Virus record (IMG/VR): IMGVR_UViG_3300020269_000282
Location: 1-26,615 of that record
From: a virus
Lineage: Duplodnaviria > Caudoviricetes
Length of the DNA stretch: 26,615 bases
Strand: one strand, 5' to 3'
Below are positions 8,621-16,662 of this stretch, piece after piece. The notes beneath the pieces are model-generated. The model worked only from the letters and a program-made list of their open reading frames with translations, did no database searches and had not been told where the DNA came from. The position numbers and the translations under genes were made by a program. Positions within the stretch are counted from its first letter, which is position 1. The number at the start of each line of letters is the position of its first letter.

Positions 8621-9345
8621 ATGTAAAAATACTTGGTGATGGTACTGTTGGATATGCTATGAAGCATATTTTTGAAGACTGTATGGACCCGACGCAAGAC
8701 CCTGATGCTGTGATTATTACAAATCATGAAGATTATGTATATGATGTATTGAATGATCTGCTTGATTGGTATGATGGTTTAGTAATCATAAAGTCTACCA
8801 TACTACCAGATAGAATTGAAAGACTTATGAAACTACATGATAAGATGTGTTATGTACCTGAATTCCTAAGAGAAAACTATTCTACAGAAGATGCAACATG
8901 GCCTAAAATGAGAATATTTGGTGGTACAAAAGAGAACATATACTTTGCTGAAAGGGTATTTGCTTATGCTAAAGGTAAACCAGATAGAATTATACATATG
9001 ACCGCACCTGAAGCATCATTTGTCAAACATGCAATCAATTGTTTCCTTGCTCTTAAGGTGACTTACTTTAATGACTTATATGATATTGCAGAAAACAAAG
9101 GCTTAGACTGGTATAATATTAGTAGAGCAGTCATAGCAGACGATAGAGTAGGTGAATCTCATACAACCGTACCAGGTTTTGATGGCTTATTCGGATTCGG
9201 AGGTAAATGTCTGCCTAAAGATTTGATGAATTTTATATATTATAGTGATAGCAAATTACTTACTGAAGTACATAGAGCTAATGATGAAAGAAGAAAAATA
9301 CAAAAACAGGAAAGATGGGAAGACCCATTAGGATACGGATATTGA
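8617..9345 (+). CDS. Truncated UDP-glucose/GDP-mannose dehydrogenase family protein
   Basis: ILGDGTVG Rossmann start (ATG 8617), IKST, PEFLRE, catalytic Lys region KHAINCFLALKV and GFGGKCLPKD; ends shortly after the catalytic Cys. Confidence 0.85.
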   Translation: MNVKILGDGTVGYAMKHIFEDCMDPTQDPDAVIITNHEDYVYDVLNDLLDWYDGLVIIKSTILPDRIERLMKLHDKMCYVPEFLRENYSTEDATWPKMRIFGGTKENIYFAERVFAYAKGKPDRIIHMTAPEASFVKHAINCFLALKVTYFNDLYDIAENKGLDWYNISRAVIADDRVGESHTTVPGFDGLFGFGGKCLPKDLMNFIYYSDSKLLTEVHRANDERRKIQKQERWEDPLGYGY

Positions 9346-9346
9346 T

Positions 9347-9832
9347 ATGATGATAGACTTAGATATTGTAGGAATAAATCACCCGTGTCAGGGTATTGCA
9401 ATCAGAGATGCAGTAGAGAATGCAATGATGGTACTCATGCCTAAACGTGAAAAACCAATCTATATAAATGTAGAGATAGGTTTAGATGAAGATATGGGTA
9501 CTGCAGCAGGTTATATGGTAGAAGGTAGCGATACAGATGAGTTTGATATATTTCTAAGACAGGATACTTTATATGATATAGAAGAACTATTACTTACTGT
9601 CACACATGAATGTATACACATCAAACAATATTTACGTAGAGAATTAAGAGATATAAATGTAGATGAAAAGATATGGAGAGGTGAGCTGTATAATACTAGA
9701 GATACTTATTATAAAGACTGTCCATGGGAACAAGAAGCATATCTCTTACAATTACCTATAGCAAATGCAGTATTAAAAAAATATGAGGATAACACATGGC
9801 CTTCAGAACAACAAGCAGTAGCACAGCAGTAA
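9347..9832 (+). CDS. Zincin metallopeptidase-like protein (HExxH)
   Basis: THECIHIKQY and PWEQEAY. Confidence 0.75.
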   Translation: MMIDLDIVGINHPCQGIAIRDAVENAMMVLMPKREKPIYINVEIGLDEDMGTAAGYMVEGSDTDEFDIFLRQDTLYDIEELLLTVTHECIHIKQYLRRELRDINVDEKIWRGELYNTRDTYYKDCPWEQEAYLLQLPIANAVLKKYEDNTWPSEQQAVAQQ

Positions 9833-10179
9833 GCTGGGAAGAAGTAATGGAGTGGTCAAAGAACTTGGCTGCTAAAATTAAGGCTGGTCCAGATGCTGAT
9901 GTTAAGTCTATATTTCCAGTAGATCATGAAGATATAATTCCAGCGTGGTTGGTAGCTAAACACTTAGGTATAGGTATACTACCAGGCCATGCTGACCTGC
10001 AAGCCAAATACTTAGCATTTCATGTAGATAACAGTGTATTCTGTGATATATGTTTTGTTAATTATAAAGAAGATGCTGATCATCAAATGCTAAGTATTGC
10101 TAAACACTCTACTATTGAAGAGATATATGTAGAGCAGGAAGAAAAGAAAACTTATCAATATCCTTGGTATAATATCTAG
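9796..10179 (+). CDS. Degenerate purine phosphoribosyltransferase-like protein
   Basis: VSWEEV....LA..I, IIPA.LVAKHLGI and C-terminal YPW match the XGPRT layout, but the RGG and VDD..D(T/S)G motifs are altered. Confidence 0.45.
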   Translation: MAFRTTSSSTAVSWEEVMEWSKNLAAKIKAGPDADVKSIFPVDHEDIIPAWLVAKHLGIGILPGHADLQAKYLAFHVDNSVFCDICFVNYKEDADHQMLSIAKHSTIEEIYVEQEEKKTYQYPWYNI

Positions 10180-10180
10180 T

Positions 10181-10801
10181 ATGAATGTCTTTATCTTACA
10201 TGAGGATCCTATCACAGCTGCACGTATGCATTGTGACAAGCATGTACCTAAGATGATAGTTGAATCTGCACAAATGATTTCAACTGCTCATCGTATGCTT
10301 GATGGTCATACAATTAAGAAGCCATCTAAATCAGGCAAACGTATTATAAACTATTGGGAACATCCAGATCCTAATGATGAAGAACTACTATACAAAGCAG
10401 TTCATCACAATCATCCATGTACACTATGGACAAGGCAGACTACAGGTAATTATGATTGGCACTATGAATTATTTGCCGAACTATGTAAAGAATTTACAAA
10501 ACGATTTGGTAAAACACATCTATCAGAATCCCTGCTCTTAGAGCGACTTAAGAAACATCCAGTAAAATTACCTAAAGGTGCAAGAACTAAATTTCCACTA
10601 GCCATGTCTAACTTACCTGAATGCATGGTTGAGGATCCGGTTCAATCATACCGTAATTACTACATTGCTAAACAAAGCTATATGCCTTGTGATTGGAATA
10701 AAGGTACACCTATGCCATCATGGTTCAAAAAGCTAGATGTGGAAGGTGTAGATATGTTTCTTCAAGAGAAGCGTTATGAGCAACAGTACCATCAAGTATA
10801 A
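10181..10801 (+). CDS. Pyrimidine-dimer DNA glycosylase / endonuclease V-like protein
   Basis: MNVF.LH.DP..AA..HCDKHVPKMIVESAQM, H.NHPCT.W and SYRNYY..K. Confidence 0.75.
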   Translation: MNVFILHEDPITAARMHCDKHVPKMIVESAQMISTAHRMLDGHTIKKPSKSGKRIINYWEHPDPNDEELLYKAVHHNHPCTLWTRQTTGNYDWHYELFAELCKEFTKRFGKTHLSESLLLERLKKHPVKLPKGARTKFPLAMSNLPECMVEDPVQSYRNYYIAKQSYMPCDWNKGTPMPSWFKKLDVEGVDMFLQEKRYEQQYHQV

Positions 10802-10970
10802 AATCGTACCAGCATTCACTGGTGGATATAATATTATTGCAATAAATAAAACTAGTTGGAAAGAAGTTGCTGGCCCTTATATGGCAGAAGATGAAGCAAA
10901 GACAGACTTAGATCTTTTCAAAAGCGGTGATGTAGTAGATAATGAAGAAAATAGACAAAATAGATCTTAG
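10776..10970 (+). CDS. Hypothetical protein
   Basis: ORF fills the gap between two flanking co-oriented genes. Confidence 0.55.
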   Translation: MSNSTIKYKIVPAFTGGYNIIAINKTSWKEVAGPYMAEDEAKTDLDLFKSGDVVDNEENRQNRS

Positions 10971-12453
10971 AAAACTTCCTGTTCAGGACCTTACTGATAT
11001 GAGTTATCAAGGTAAGGATGAGTGGATGGAAAAGGTCGATACAGAAACATTCGCTCAAGCAATCAACGAAATCTCTAGTTCATTCTGCATAGCTAAATGG
11101 AAGCAGACTACATTGCATTTACAGAATGGTCACACACATTCATGTCACCACCCACAAACACATAAGGTACCATGGCAAGAGCTAACAGTTAGACCATCAG
11201 CATTACATAACACCACTAAGAAAATGATGATGCGTGATCAGATGAAGAATGGTGTCAGGCCAAGAGAATGTGAGTATTGTTGGAGAGTAGAAGATGCACG
11301 TAAAAAGAAAGGTGATGCCTGGTCAGATAGAATACATAAGAGTCGAGATCATTGGGCATTAAAGCATCTACCTGAAATACTAAGGAATGATGCCACATAC
11401 GATGTACCACCATCATATCTAGAAGTATCATTTAGTAATGTATGTAATTTTAAATGTGCGTATTGTGCTCCACATATATCATCACAATGGATGACAGAGA
11501 TACAGCACAAAGGACCATATCCAACATCAGCAAGATTCAATAACTTAGAATGGATAGAGCAAAATGGTCTAACACCAATACCAAATAATAAGCCGAATGT
11601 ATATGTTGAAGCATTTTGGAAATGGTTTCCTGAAATATACCAAGACCTTGAAGTGTTTCGTATTACAGGTGGTGAGCCATTTCTATCTAAAGATACTATC
11701 AAAGTATTAGATTTCTTAACAGATAATCCTGCACCAAATATGGATTTTGCAATCAACACTAACTTATGCATACCTGACAAACTATTTGAAAATGTAATGG
11801 GTAAATTAAAAAGACTTGTTGTTGAGAAGAAGATTAAAAGACTACAACTATATACGAGTGCAGAAGCTCATGGTGATGCATGTAATTACATTAGATATGG
11901 CATGGATTATGATAAGTGGTACAATAATTGCAGATGGATTATAGGCAATATACCAGATGTAGATGAGCATAATCCTACATCACTAACTATAATGTCTACA
12001 ATTAACTTATTGAGTCTACCATCTTATACTAAGTTTATTCAAGATGTTAGTCTCTTAAAGAAAGAAGCTAGTTTTAACTTAGATAATCCAAGACTCTATG
12101 AGAGAGCTACACCAATTAATTGTCCAGTACGAGTTGACTTTCCATATCTTAGAAATCCTGAGTTCTTGACAGTATTCCTATATCAAAATCCTGACTACAA
12201 ACTAGAAGGTAAGAAATGGATCGAGGATGCGATATTTGCAGCTAAAATGGGTGGCTTTAATGTATTCGAAATAGACAGAATGAATAGAGTCCTAAACACC
12301 TATATGGGAGATCAGAGATGGACTCAGGTACAGCGCACTAAACACGAAAGAGACTTCAAAAAGTACATAATTGAATATGATAAGCGAAGAAATGTTGATT
12401 TTGATACAGTTTTTCCTGAGTTAAAATCATTCAAAGATGGTATAATCCTATAA
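10942..12453 (+). CDS. Radical SAM protein with N-terminal SPASM/twitch-like auxiliary cluster motif
   Basis: CNFKCAYC (CxxxCxxC), ITGGEPF and INTN; N-terminal FCIAKW...SCHH...ECEYCW. Confidence 0.9.
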   Translation: MKKIDKIDLRKLPVQDLTDMSYQGKDEWMEKVDTETFAQAINEISSSFCIAKWKQTTLHLQNGHTHSCHHPQTHKVPWQELTVRPSALHNTTKKMMMRDQMKNGVRPRECEYCWRVEDARKKKGDAWSDRIHKSRDHWALKHLPEILRNDATYDVPPSYLEVSFSNVCNFKCAYCAPHISSQWMTEIQHKGPYPTSARFNNLEWIEQNGLTPIPNNKPNVYVEAFWKWFPEIYQDLEVFRITGGEPFLSKDTIKVLDFLTDNPAPNMDFAINTNLCIPDKLFENVMGKLKRLVVEKKIKRLQLYTSAEAHGDACNYIRYGMDYDKWYNNCRWIIGNIPDVDEHNPTSLTIMSTINLLSLPSYTKFIQDVSLLKKEASFNLDNPRLYERATPINCPVRVDFPYLRNPEFLTVFLYQNPDYKLEGKKWIEDAIFAAKMGGFNVFEIDRMNRVLNTYMGDQRWTQVQRTKHERDFKKYIIEYDKRRNVDFDTVFPELKSFKDGIIL

Positions 12454-12468
12454 AGAAAGTGAGGTTAT

Positions 12469-12615
12469 ATGGAAGCACATCCAGAAGTAGAATCGCTTAA
12501 GCACCGAGTATCAGAGCTAGAGCGAGATAATGGCAGCTATCGAGTTCAGATAGCTGAATATCAACAAATCGTCAAAGAATTATCTGACAAATTAAAGAAG
12601 GTTAATTATGATTAG
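12469..12615 (+). CDS. Small coiled-coil protein, 48 aa (not in ORF track)
   Basis: GAGG RBS; MEAHPEVESLKHRVSELERDNGSYRVQIAEYQQIVKELSDKLKKVNYD shows a heptad pattern. Confidence 0.7.
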   Translation: MEAHPEVESLKHRVSELERDNGSYRVQIAEYQQIVKELSDKLKKVNYD

Positions 12616-12889
12616 AGACCCTTATGAATCTATAATGAATCCTAAGAAGAACGCTCTAAAAAATCTACCATTCCAAGTTAAATTTATGTCTATGCAAGTA
12701 TTAGCTTGGATGTGGTCTGCTGTCTTTGGAATCTATATAGTAGAAAGTATATATGCATTTGGTATATCAGCACTAGCACATGCATCATTAATAACAATGA
12801 CTGTGTTGACAGCTATTTACTTTAGACAAGTACAGAAAGCTAAGGTTGATGGCATACTAACAAGAGGTAAAGGAGGAGAACACGAATGA
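12608..12889 (+). CDS. Membrane protein with two predicted TM helices
   Basis: Hydrophobic segments QVLAWMWSAVFGIYIV and AFGISALAHASLITMTVLTAIYF. Confidence 0.7.
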   Translation: MIRDPYESIMNPKKNALKNLPFQVKFMSMQVLAWMWSAVFGIYIVESIYAFGISALAHASLITMTVLTAIYFRQVQKAKVDGILTRGKGGEHE

Positions 12890-12966
12890 AATTTCAAGAT
12901 TGGGATAAGTTAGTGATTGCAACATCTTTCATTATCTTTTGTATTGTTATTGGAGGTTTATTATGA
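12886..12966 (+). CDS. Small single-TM peptide, 26 aa (not in ORF track)
   Basis: AGGAGGAG RBS and ATGA overlaps at both ends; MKFQDWDKLVIATSFIIFCIVIGGLL. Confidence 0.65.
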   Translation: MKFQDWDKLVIATSFIIFCIVIGGLL

Positions 12967-13271
12967 GTAAAATATATGAATCACCAGATGGTGGTAAGAC
13001 AGTATTTGAAAGAGATGTTAATGAACCTATTAGCGCTCGTAGAAAAGTAGAAGATACTGAAACTGATGACTATGATGTACCAGCGTGGAAGTATATCAGA
13101 CAGGATTACGAGAGCTATATACTCAAAATAAATAGTCTAATAGAACTTCATGAGATGAAATTTACTAAGACTCATGAAGACTTTCATAAGAAGGCTTACG
13201 AGACCTTAATCACTTACATGCATGAACTAAAAGCTTACATTAAGAAGAAAGAGGAGGATTACTTCAAATGA
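12963..13271 (+). CDS. Hypothetical protein with YESPDGGKTV motif
   Basis: GGAGG RBS before ATG 12963 (preferred over TTG 12939). Confidence 0.65.
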   Translation: MSKIYESPDGGKTVFERDVNEPISARRKVEDTETDDYDVPAWKYIRQDYESYILKINSLIELHEMKFTKTHEDFHKKAYETLITYMHELKAYIKKKEEDYFK

Positions 13272-13849
13272 GAAAAAAATACGGAAAAGAAGACTTCATT
13301 ATTTGGTTTGCGTTATTGGCATTGTTTGGATTTTTTCTATTCATGCCACTTGATGCAGAAGGTGGTACACAACCTAAGATAGAATATCATGATAACGATA
13401 GCTTTATATCTAGTGTAAAAACCTGTGCTGATTATGAAAACAGCTTAGTTGATGAAGCTGATCAAGTACCAGTAGAAATAATTGCTGCAATGGCAGTATT
13501 AGAAACTGGATATGGTCAGAGCCGATTTGCTCATGAAGCAAATAACCTTTTTGGTATAAGAACATGGGACATGAATAGCCCACATGTTAAGCCACTAAAC
13601 TATGCTACTACAAAATGGGCAGTCAAAAAATACAATACAAAATGCGATAGTGTCAAAGACATGATGCGTATCTTAAATAATCTACACTTCTATGAGAAGT
13701 TTAGAGAAGCCAGACTTAACTTTCTAAACAATGTTGGTTATAGTCTATATGACATGGTCGATACCCTTTCACCATGGTCTACCAACCCTCGTTATACAGA
13801 GTTAGTAAACAATCGAGTCAAGCATATTCAAATTGCTTTTACTGACTAA
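13268..13849 (+). CDS. GH73 glucosaminidase-like (Bax-like) peptidoglycan hydrolase with N-terminal TM/signal anchor
   Basis: AMAVLETGYGQSRFA.EANNLFGI and WSTNPRY; hydrophobic N-terminus. Confidence 0.85.
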   Translation: MRKKYGKEDFIIWFALLALFGFFLFMPLDAEGGTQPKIEYHDNDSFISSVKTCADYENSLVDEADQVPVEIIAAMAVLETGYGQSRFAHEANNLFGIRTWDMNSPHVKPLNYATTKWAVKKYNTKCDSVKDMMRILNNLHFYEKFREARLNFLNNVGYSLYDMVDTLSPWSTNPRYTELVNNRVKHIQIAFTD

Positions 13850-13858
13850 AAACAGCAC

Positions 13859-13888
13859 ACCGACTGTGATATTTTTGTCACAGTCGGT
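13859..13888. repeat. Perfect 11-bp inverted repeat containing TGT-N12-ACA
   Basis: ACCGACTGTGA-tatttttg-TCACAGTCGGT. Confidence 0.85.
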
Positions 13889-13961
13889 AAAATAACTGTT
13901 AATAAGTTTATAAGTAGTTGTTTTTATATAACAAAATAATCTAAGAAAACTGCATAAAACG

Positions 13962-13990
13962 TTGTACATCTTCGAGAAACTGTATAGAAT
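13962..13990 (+). promoter_or_regulatory. T4-early-like sigma70 promoter, copy 1
   Basis: TTGTAC-17 bp-TAGAAT with A-rich upstream sequence; near-identical copy at 18892-18920; AAGGAG RBS downstream. Confidence 0.8.
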
Positions 13991-14022
13991 AGTACCTATA
14001 ATTGATTAACAAAGGAGTAAAT

Positions 14023-14298
14023 ATGACAATTAATATAACAACCGGATATGAATATACTGGTCAAAATGCGGAAGCATGTGGTGATATTGAAGCTGTTTGT
14101 ACTTTTAAACAAGGTATCAAACACTTTGGTGTTTCAGGTACTCAGGTAAAAGGCTTAAAAGCAGTAGCTAGATTAGTCAGATACAGAGTAGAAGAAGATG
14201 AAGATGGTAAAGAAATCAAACGTCCAGTTTATTTCTCAGTCTTTAATGCTGAAGACTTTGCAGCTAGAGCCAAAGTCGCTAAGAAGGTGGTTGCTTAA
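14023..14298 (+). CDS. ArdC N-terminal (DUF1738)-like ssDNA-binding/antirestriction domain protein
   Basis: NITTGYEYTGQN, TFKQ, VKG.KA and PVYFSVFN match the ArdC-N pattern; AAGGAG RBS before ATG 14023. Confidence 0.6.
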   Translation: MTINITTGYEYTGQNAEACGDIEAVCTFKQGIKHFGVSGTQVKGLKAVARLVRYRVEEDEDGKEIKRPVYFSVFNAEDFAARAKVAKKVVA

Positions 14299-14564
14299 TG
14301 AAAAACTTCGAAGATAGATTGGCAGCATTTCACGGTGCTGCCTTTATGGCTAGAGACGAGTTCGTCAAAGAATATGCAAGTCCACATGAAGAGTCTTCCA
14401 TATTCAAAGGTGTACCAATCAAGTATCTTGAATCATTTAAAGCTTTATTTGGTAATGGGTACTTAATTAAGTATAGAGGTAAATCTAAAGGTCAATACAG
14501 AAGACCGCAAGCGTACATGCATAAGCAATATGCTGATACTTTTGCAGTTTATCATAAAAAATAA
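14298..14564 (+). CDS. Hypothetical early protein
   Basis: TAATG coupling and AAGGTGG RBS; KYRG...ADTFAVY. Confidence 0.65.
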   Translation: MKNFEDRLAAFHGAAFMARDEFVKEYASPHEESSIFKGVPIKYLESFKALFGNGYLIKYRGKSKGQYRRPQAYMHKQYADTFAVYHKK

Positions 14565-14602
14565 TTCACTTTTAGAGTATAACTATATAGCAAGGAGAAA
14601 AC

Positions 14603-15037
14603 ATGGCAAAATTAATAATAGAAACCCAATACATGGAAAACTACGATGTGGACGAGGTGACCGAAGAAGGATACTGGAAGTTCAAAGGTGGTAATACTTT
14701 TATTGTTGATAATGTCGATGTTAACAATATTCAATCAGTGGCCAACGAAATCATACCACTGATTGAATATGACAACTCCATGTCTAGAGAATTTGTCCTT
14801 GAATGGACAGTAGAAAATGACGATTGGAAATCTCAATACGAGAAAGACCAAAAAGAGTGGTCTGACGGCAGTATGTATTATGACCCAAGACTCTTTAAGA
14901 ATGAAGATGGTCATTGGATTAAGATACGTAAATTTGATGGTGAACGTGGTGGATACGAATACCATGATAATTTGAATACTAATGAAGTAATTTATAAGAA
15001 TGAATATGAAAACACACAAGCGGGGTACGCATCATGA
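14603..15037 (+). CDS. Hypothetical phage protein (TQYMENY...YWKFKGG)
   Basis: AAGGAG RBS; motif recalled from T4-like phage early genes. Confidence 0.7.
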   Translation: MAKLIIETQYMENYDVDEVTEEGYWKFKGGNTFIVDNVDVNNIQSVANEIIPLIEYDNSMSREFVLEWTVENDDWKSQYEKDQKEWSDGSMYYDPRLFKNEDGHWIKIRKFDGERGGYEYHDNLNTNEVIYKNEYENTQAGYAS

Positions 15038-15516
15038 GTGAAAGCAACGTATGGGGTATCATACCCAATCCTGATAAATGGGTAATCTTTGATGTAGATG
15101 GTACATTAATGGATATTACTGAAAGACGTAAGTTTGTTGAGCAAAGGCCAAAAGACTGGGATTCTTTCAATAATATAGACAATGTCAAGAAAGACAAGCC
15201 ATTTGATGCTGTCTTTATGTTGGCTAAAAATTTACAACAAGGTGGTTTTGGTATCATCTTATCTAGTGGTCGTAAAGAAAACTTGACCAAGATTACATTA
15301 GAACAAGTTCAAAAACAAAACTTGTTTCCAGACATGTGGTTCTTTAGGTCAGAAAGAGATTTCAGACCAGATAATGAGTTAAAAGCCAGTCATTTAGCTA
15401 AGATAAGAGCTGAAGGTATTGAACCAGTCATGGCATTTGATGATCGTGACTCAGTTGTAGATTTCTGGCGCTCTGAAGGCATAAAGACCTTTCAGCCTGA
15501 AAGAGGTAATTTTTAA
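15034..15516 (+). CDS. HAD phosphatase resembling the stand-alone 3'-phosphatase domain of T4 polynucleotide kinase
   Basis: IFDVDGTL (DxDGT), SSGR, RPD...K and AFDDR.SVV..WR..GI; no P-loop kinase domain. Confidence 0.85.
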   Translation: MSESNVWGIIPNPDKWVIFDVDGTLMDITERRKFVEQRPKDWDSFNNIDNVKKDKPFDAVFMLAKNLQQGGFGIILSSGRKENLTKITLEQVQKQNLFPDMWFFRSERDFRPDNELKASHLAKIRAEGIEPVMAFDDRDSVVDFWRSEGIKTFQPERGNF

Positions 15517-15552
15517 CACAATAAGGTATAATCTATACAGGAGAAACACACT

Positions 15553-15756
15553 ATGATTGACTTACTTAAAGAAATAGAATTACTTGAGCAGGTTTGCGAA
15601 GCTGCTGAAGATGGTGACTTTGAAAAGGTCACTGAACTATGTCGTGATAAGATACATGACAATCTAAAAGCAGTACGTGACTTTGAACGTGCATATGCCA
15701 AGGATTCTTTTGTAGCTGATATCAGACGACAGAATGCAAAAGCAGCAGACAAATAG
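15553..15756 (+). CDS. Hypothetical protein
   Basis: AGGAG RBS with TATAAT upstream. Confidence 0.65.
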   Translation: MIDLLKEIELLEQVCEAAEDGDFEKVTELCRDKIHDNLKAVRDFERAYAKDSFVADIRRQNAKAADK

Positions 15757-16180
15757 AGAAATTATGGGCAGATTAGGTGAAGAAGCCTTATCTGCCAAAT
15801 ATGGATTTACCCTATCGGATGACAAGTACGATATGGAGAAAGATGCGATTGATGAGAATGGTAATCGAGTAGAGATTAAAACTCAAAATCGTCATCCGGC
15901 TGGGTATTTCACGGTCAACCTTGCAAATGTTAATCAATTAAAAAAGTGTGTCGAGGTTGACCGTCTGTTATTCTTAGAATATGACAATACAGACATTCTC
16001 AAAGTATGGGAAAGTCCAAAGACAGATGAAGCTCGTAGAGCTAAAACTATTAGAACACGTGATGGTAGAGCTATGGGTGGTTTTCCTATCGATAAGATGA
16101 TTCTTATTGATGAGTTAGATGACCCAGATCTCTGTAATATGTTAAAGCAACTATCACAATCAAAGGTGATAGATGTATAG
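15734..16180 (+). CDS. Putative PD-(D/E)XK nuclease-fold protein
   Basis: GRLGEE helix, KDAID and RVEIKTQ motif spacing. Confidence 0.5.
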   Translation: MQKQQTNREIMGRLGEEALSAKYGFTLSDDKYDMEKDAIDENGNRVEIKTQNRHPAGYFTVNLANVNQLKKCVEVDRLLFLEYDNTDILKVWESPKTDEARRAKTIRTRDGRAMGGFPIDKMILIDELDDPDLCNMLKQLSQSKVIDV

Positions 16181-16475
16181 ACCATTACCTGAAAGCTTAT
16201 ACATAGGTAAAAGCAGGATACATGGTCAAGGTCTATTTGCTATTGACATTATTGAACCCAACACTGATTTAGGTGTATCGCATATCTATCTTATTGATAG
16301 ACTTATACGTACACCACTTGGTGGGTTTATCAATCATTCTGATGATAGCAACTGCAAATTAGAAGAGGGTACTCTATCTAAAGATGCAAGCTTTCAATGT
16401 AAGAGATTGATAACAACCCGTTTTATTCATCCAGGAGATGAGTTAACTACAACTTATAAAATGTATAAAGTATGA
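16173..16475 (+). CDS. SET-domain protein-lysine methyltransferase-like
   Basis: KSRIHGQGLFA, FINHSDDSNC and I.PGDELT..Y. Confidence 0.85.
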   Translation: MYRPLPESLYIGKSRIHGQGLFAIDIIEPNTDLGVSHIYLIDRLIRTPLGGFINHSDDSNCKLEEGTLSKDASFQCKRLITTRFIHPGDELTTTYKMYKV

Positions 16476-16546
16476 GCACGATAGAAATACTATTAATATT
16501 ATATATAGGTACCATATTACTAGATAATGGAACGCCTAAGTTTTAG
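16472..16546 (+). CDS. Possible small hydrophobic peptide, 24 aa
   Basis: ATGA overlap; MSTIEILLILYIGTILLDNGTPKF. Confidence 0.4.
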   Translation: MSTIEILLILYIGTILLDNGTPKF

Positions 16547-16649
16547 ATATAAGATAACCCTCCTAATATTATTGACTATAATACTTTACCCTAGTGCCTA
16601 TTGGCTGACATTAGAGCTCTGGTGTATTGCGTATGGTCTAATATACTAA
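16527..16649 (+). CDS. Small hydrophobic protein, 40 aa
   Basis: MERLSFRYKITLLILLTIILYPSAYWLTLELWCIAYGLIY fills the gap before the TonB-dependent receptor gene. Confidence 0.5.
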   Translation: MERLSFRYKITLLILLTIILYPSAYWLTLELWCIAYGLIY

Positions 16650-16662
16650 CTAGGATTAATTT

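Noticed and set aside
13865-13882. CRP site (TGTGA...TCACA)
   Set aside because: The spacer is 8 nt rather than 6, and the second copy keeps only TGT-N12-ACA.
13859-13888. Intrinsic terminator
   Set aside because: No U-tract directly follows on either strand, and the core recurs at 18807 without the long stem.
16476-16662. Cobalamin riboswitch upstream of the BtuB-like gene
   Set aside because: The region is AT-rich, filled by small ORFs and lacks the GGGAA / GCCACTG core motifs.
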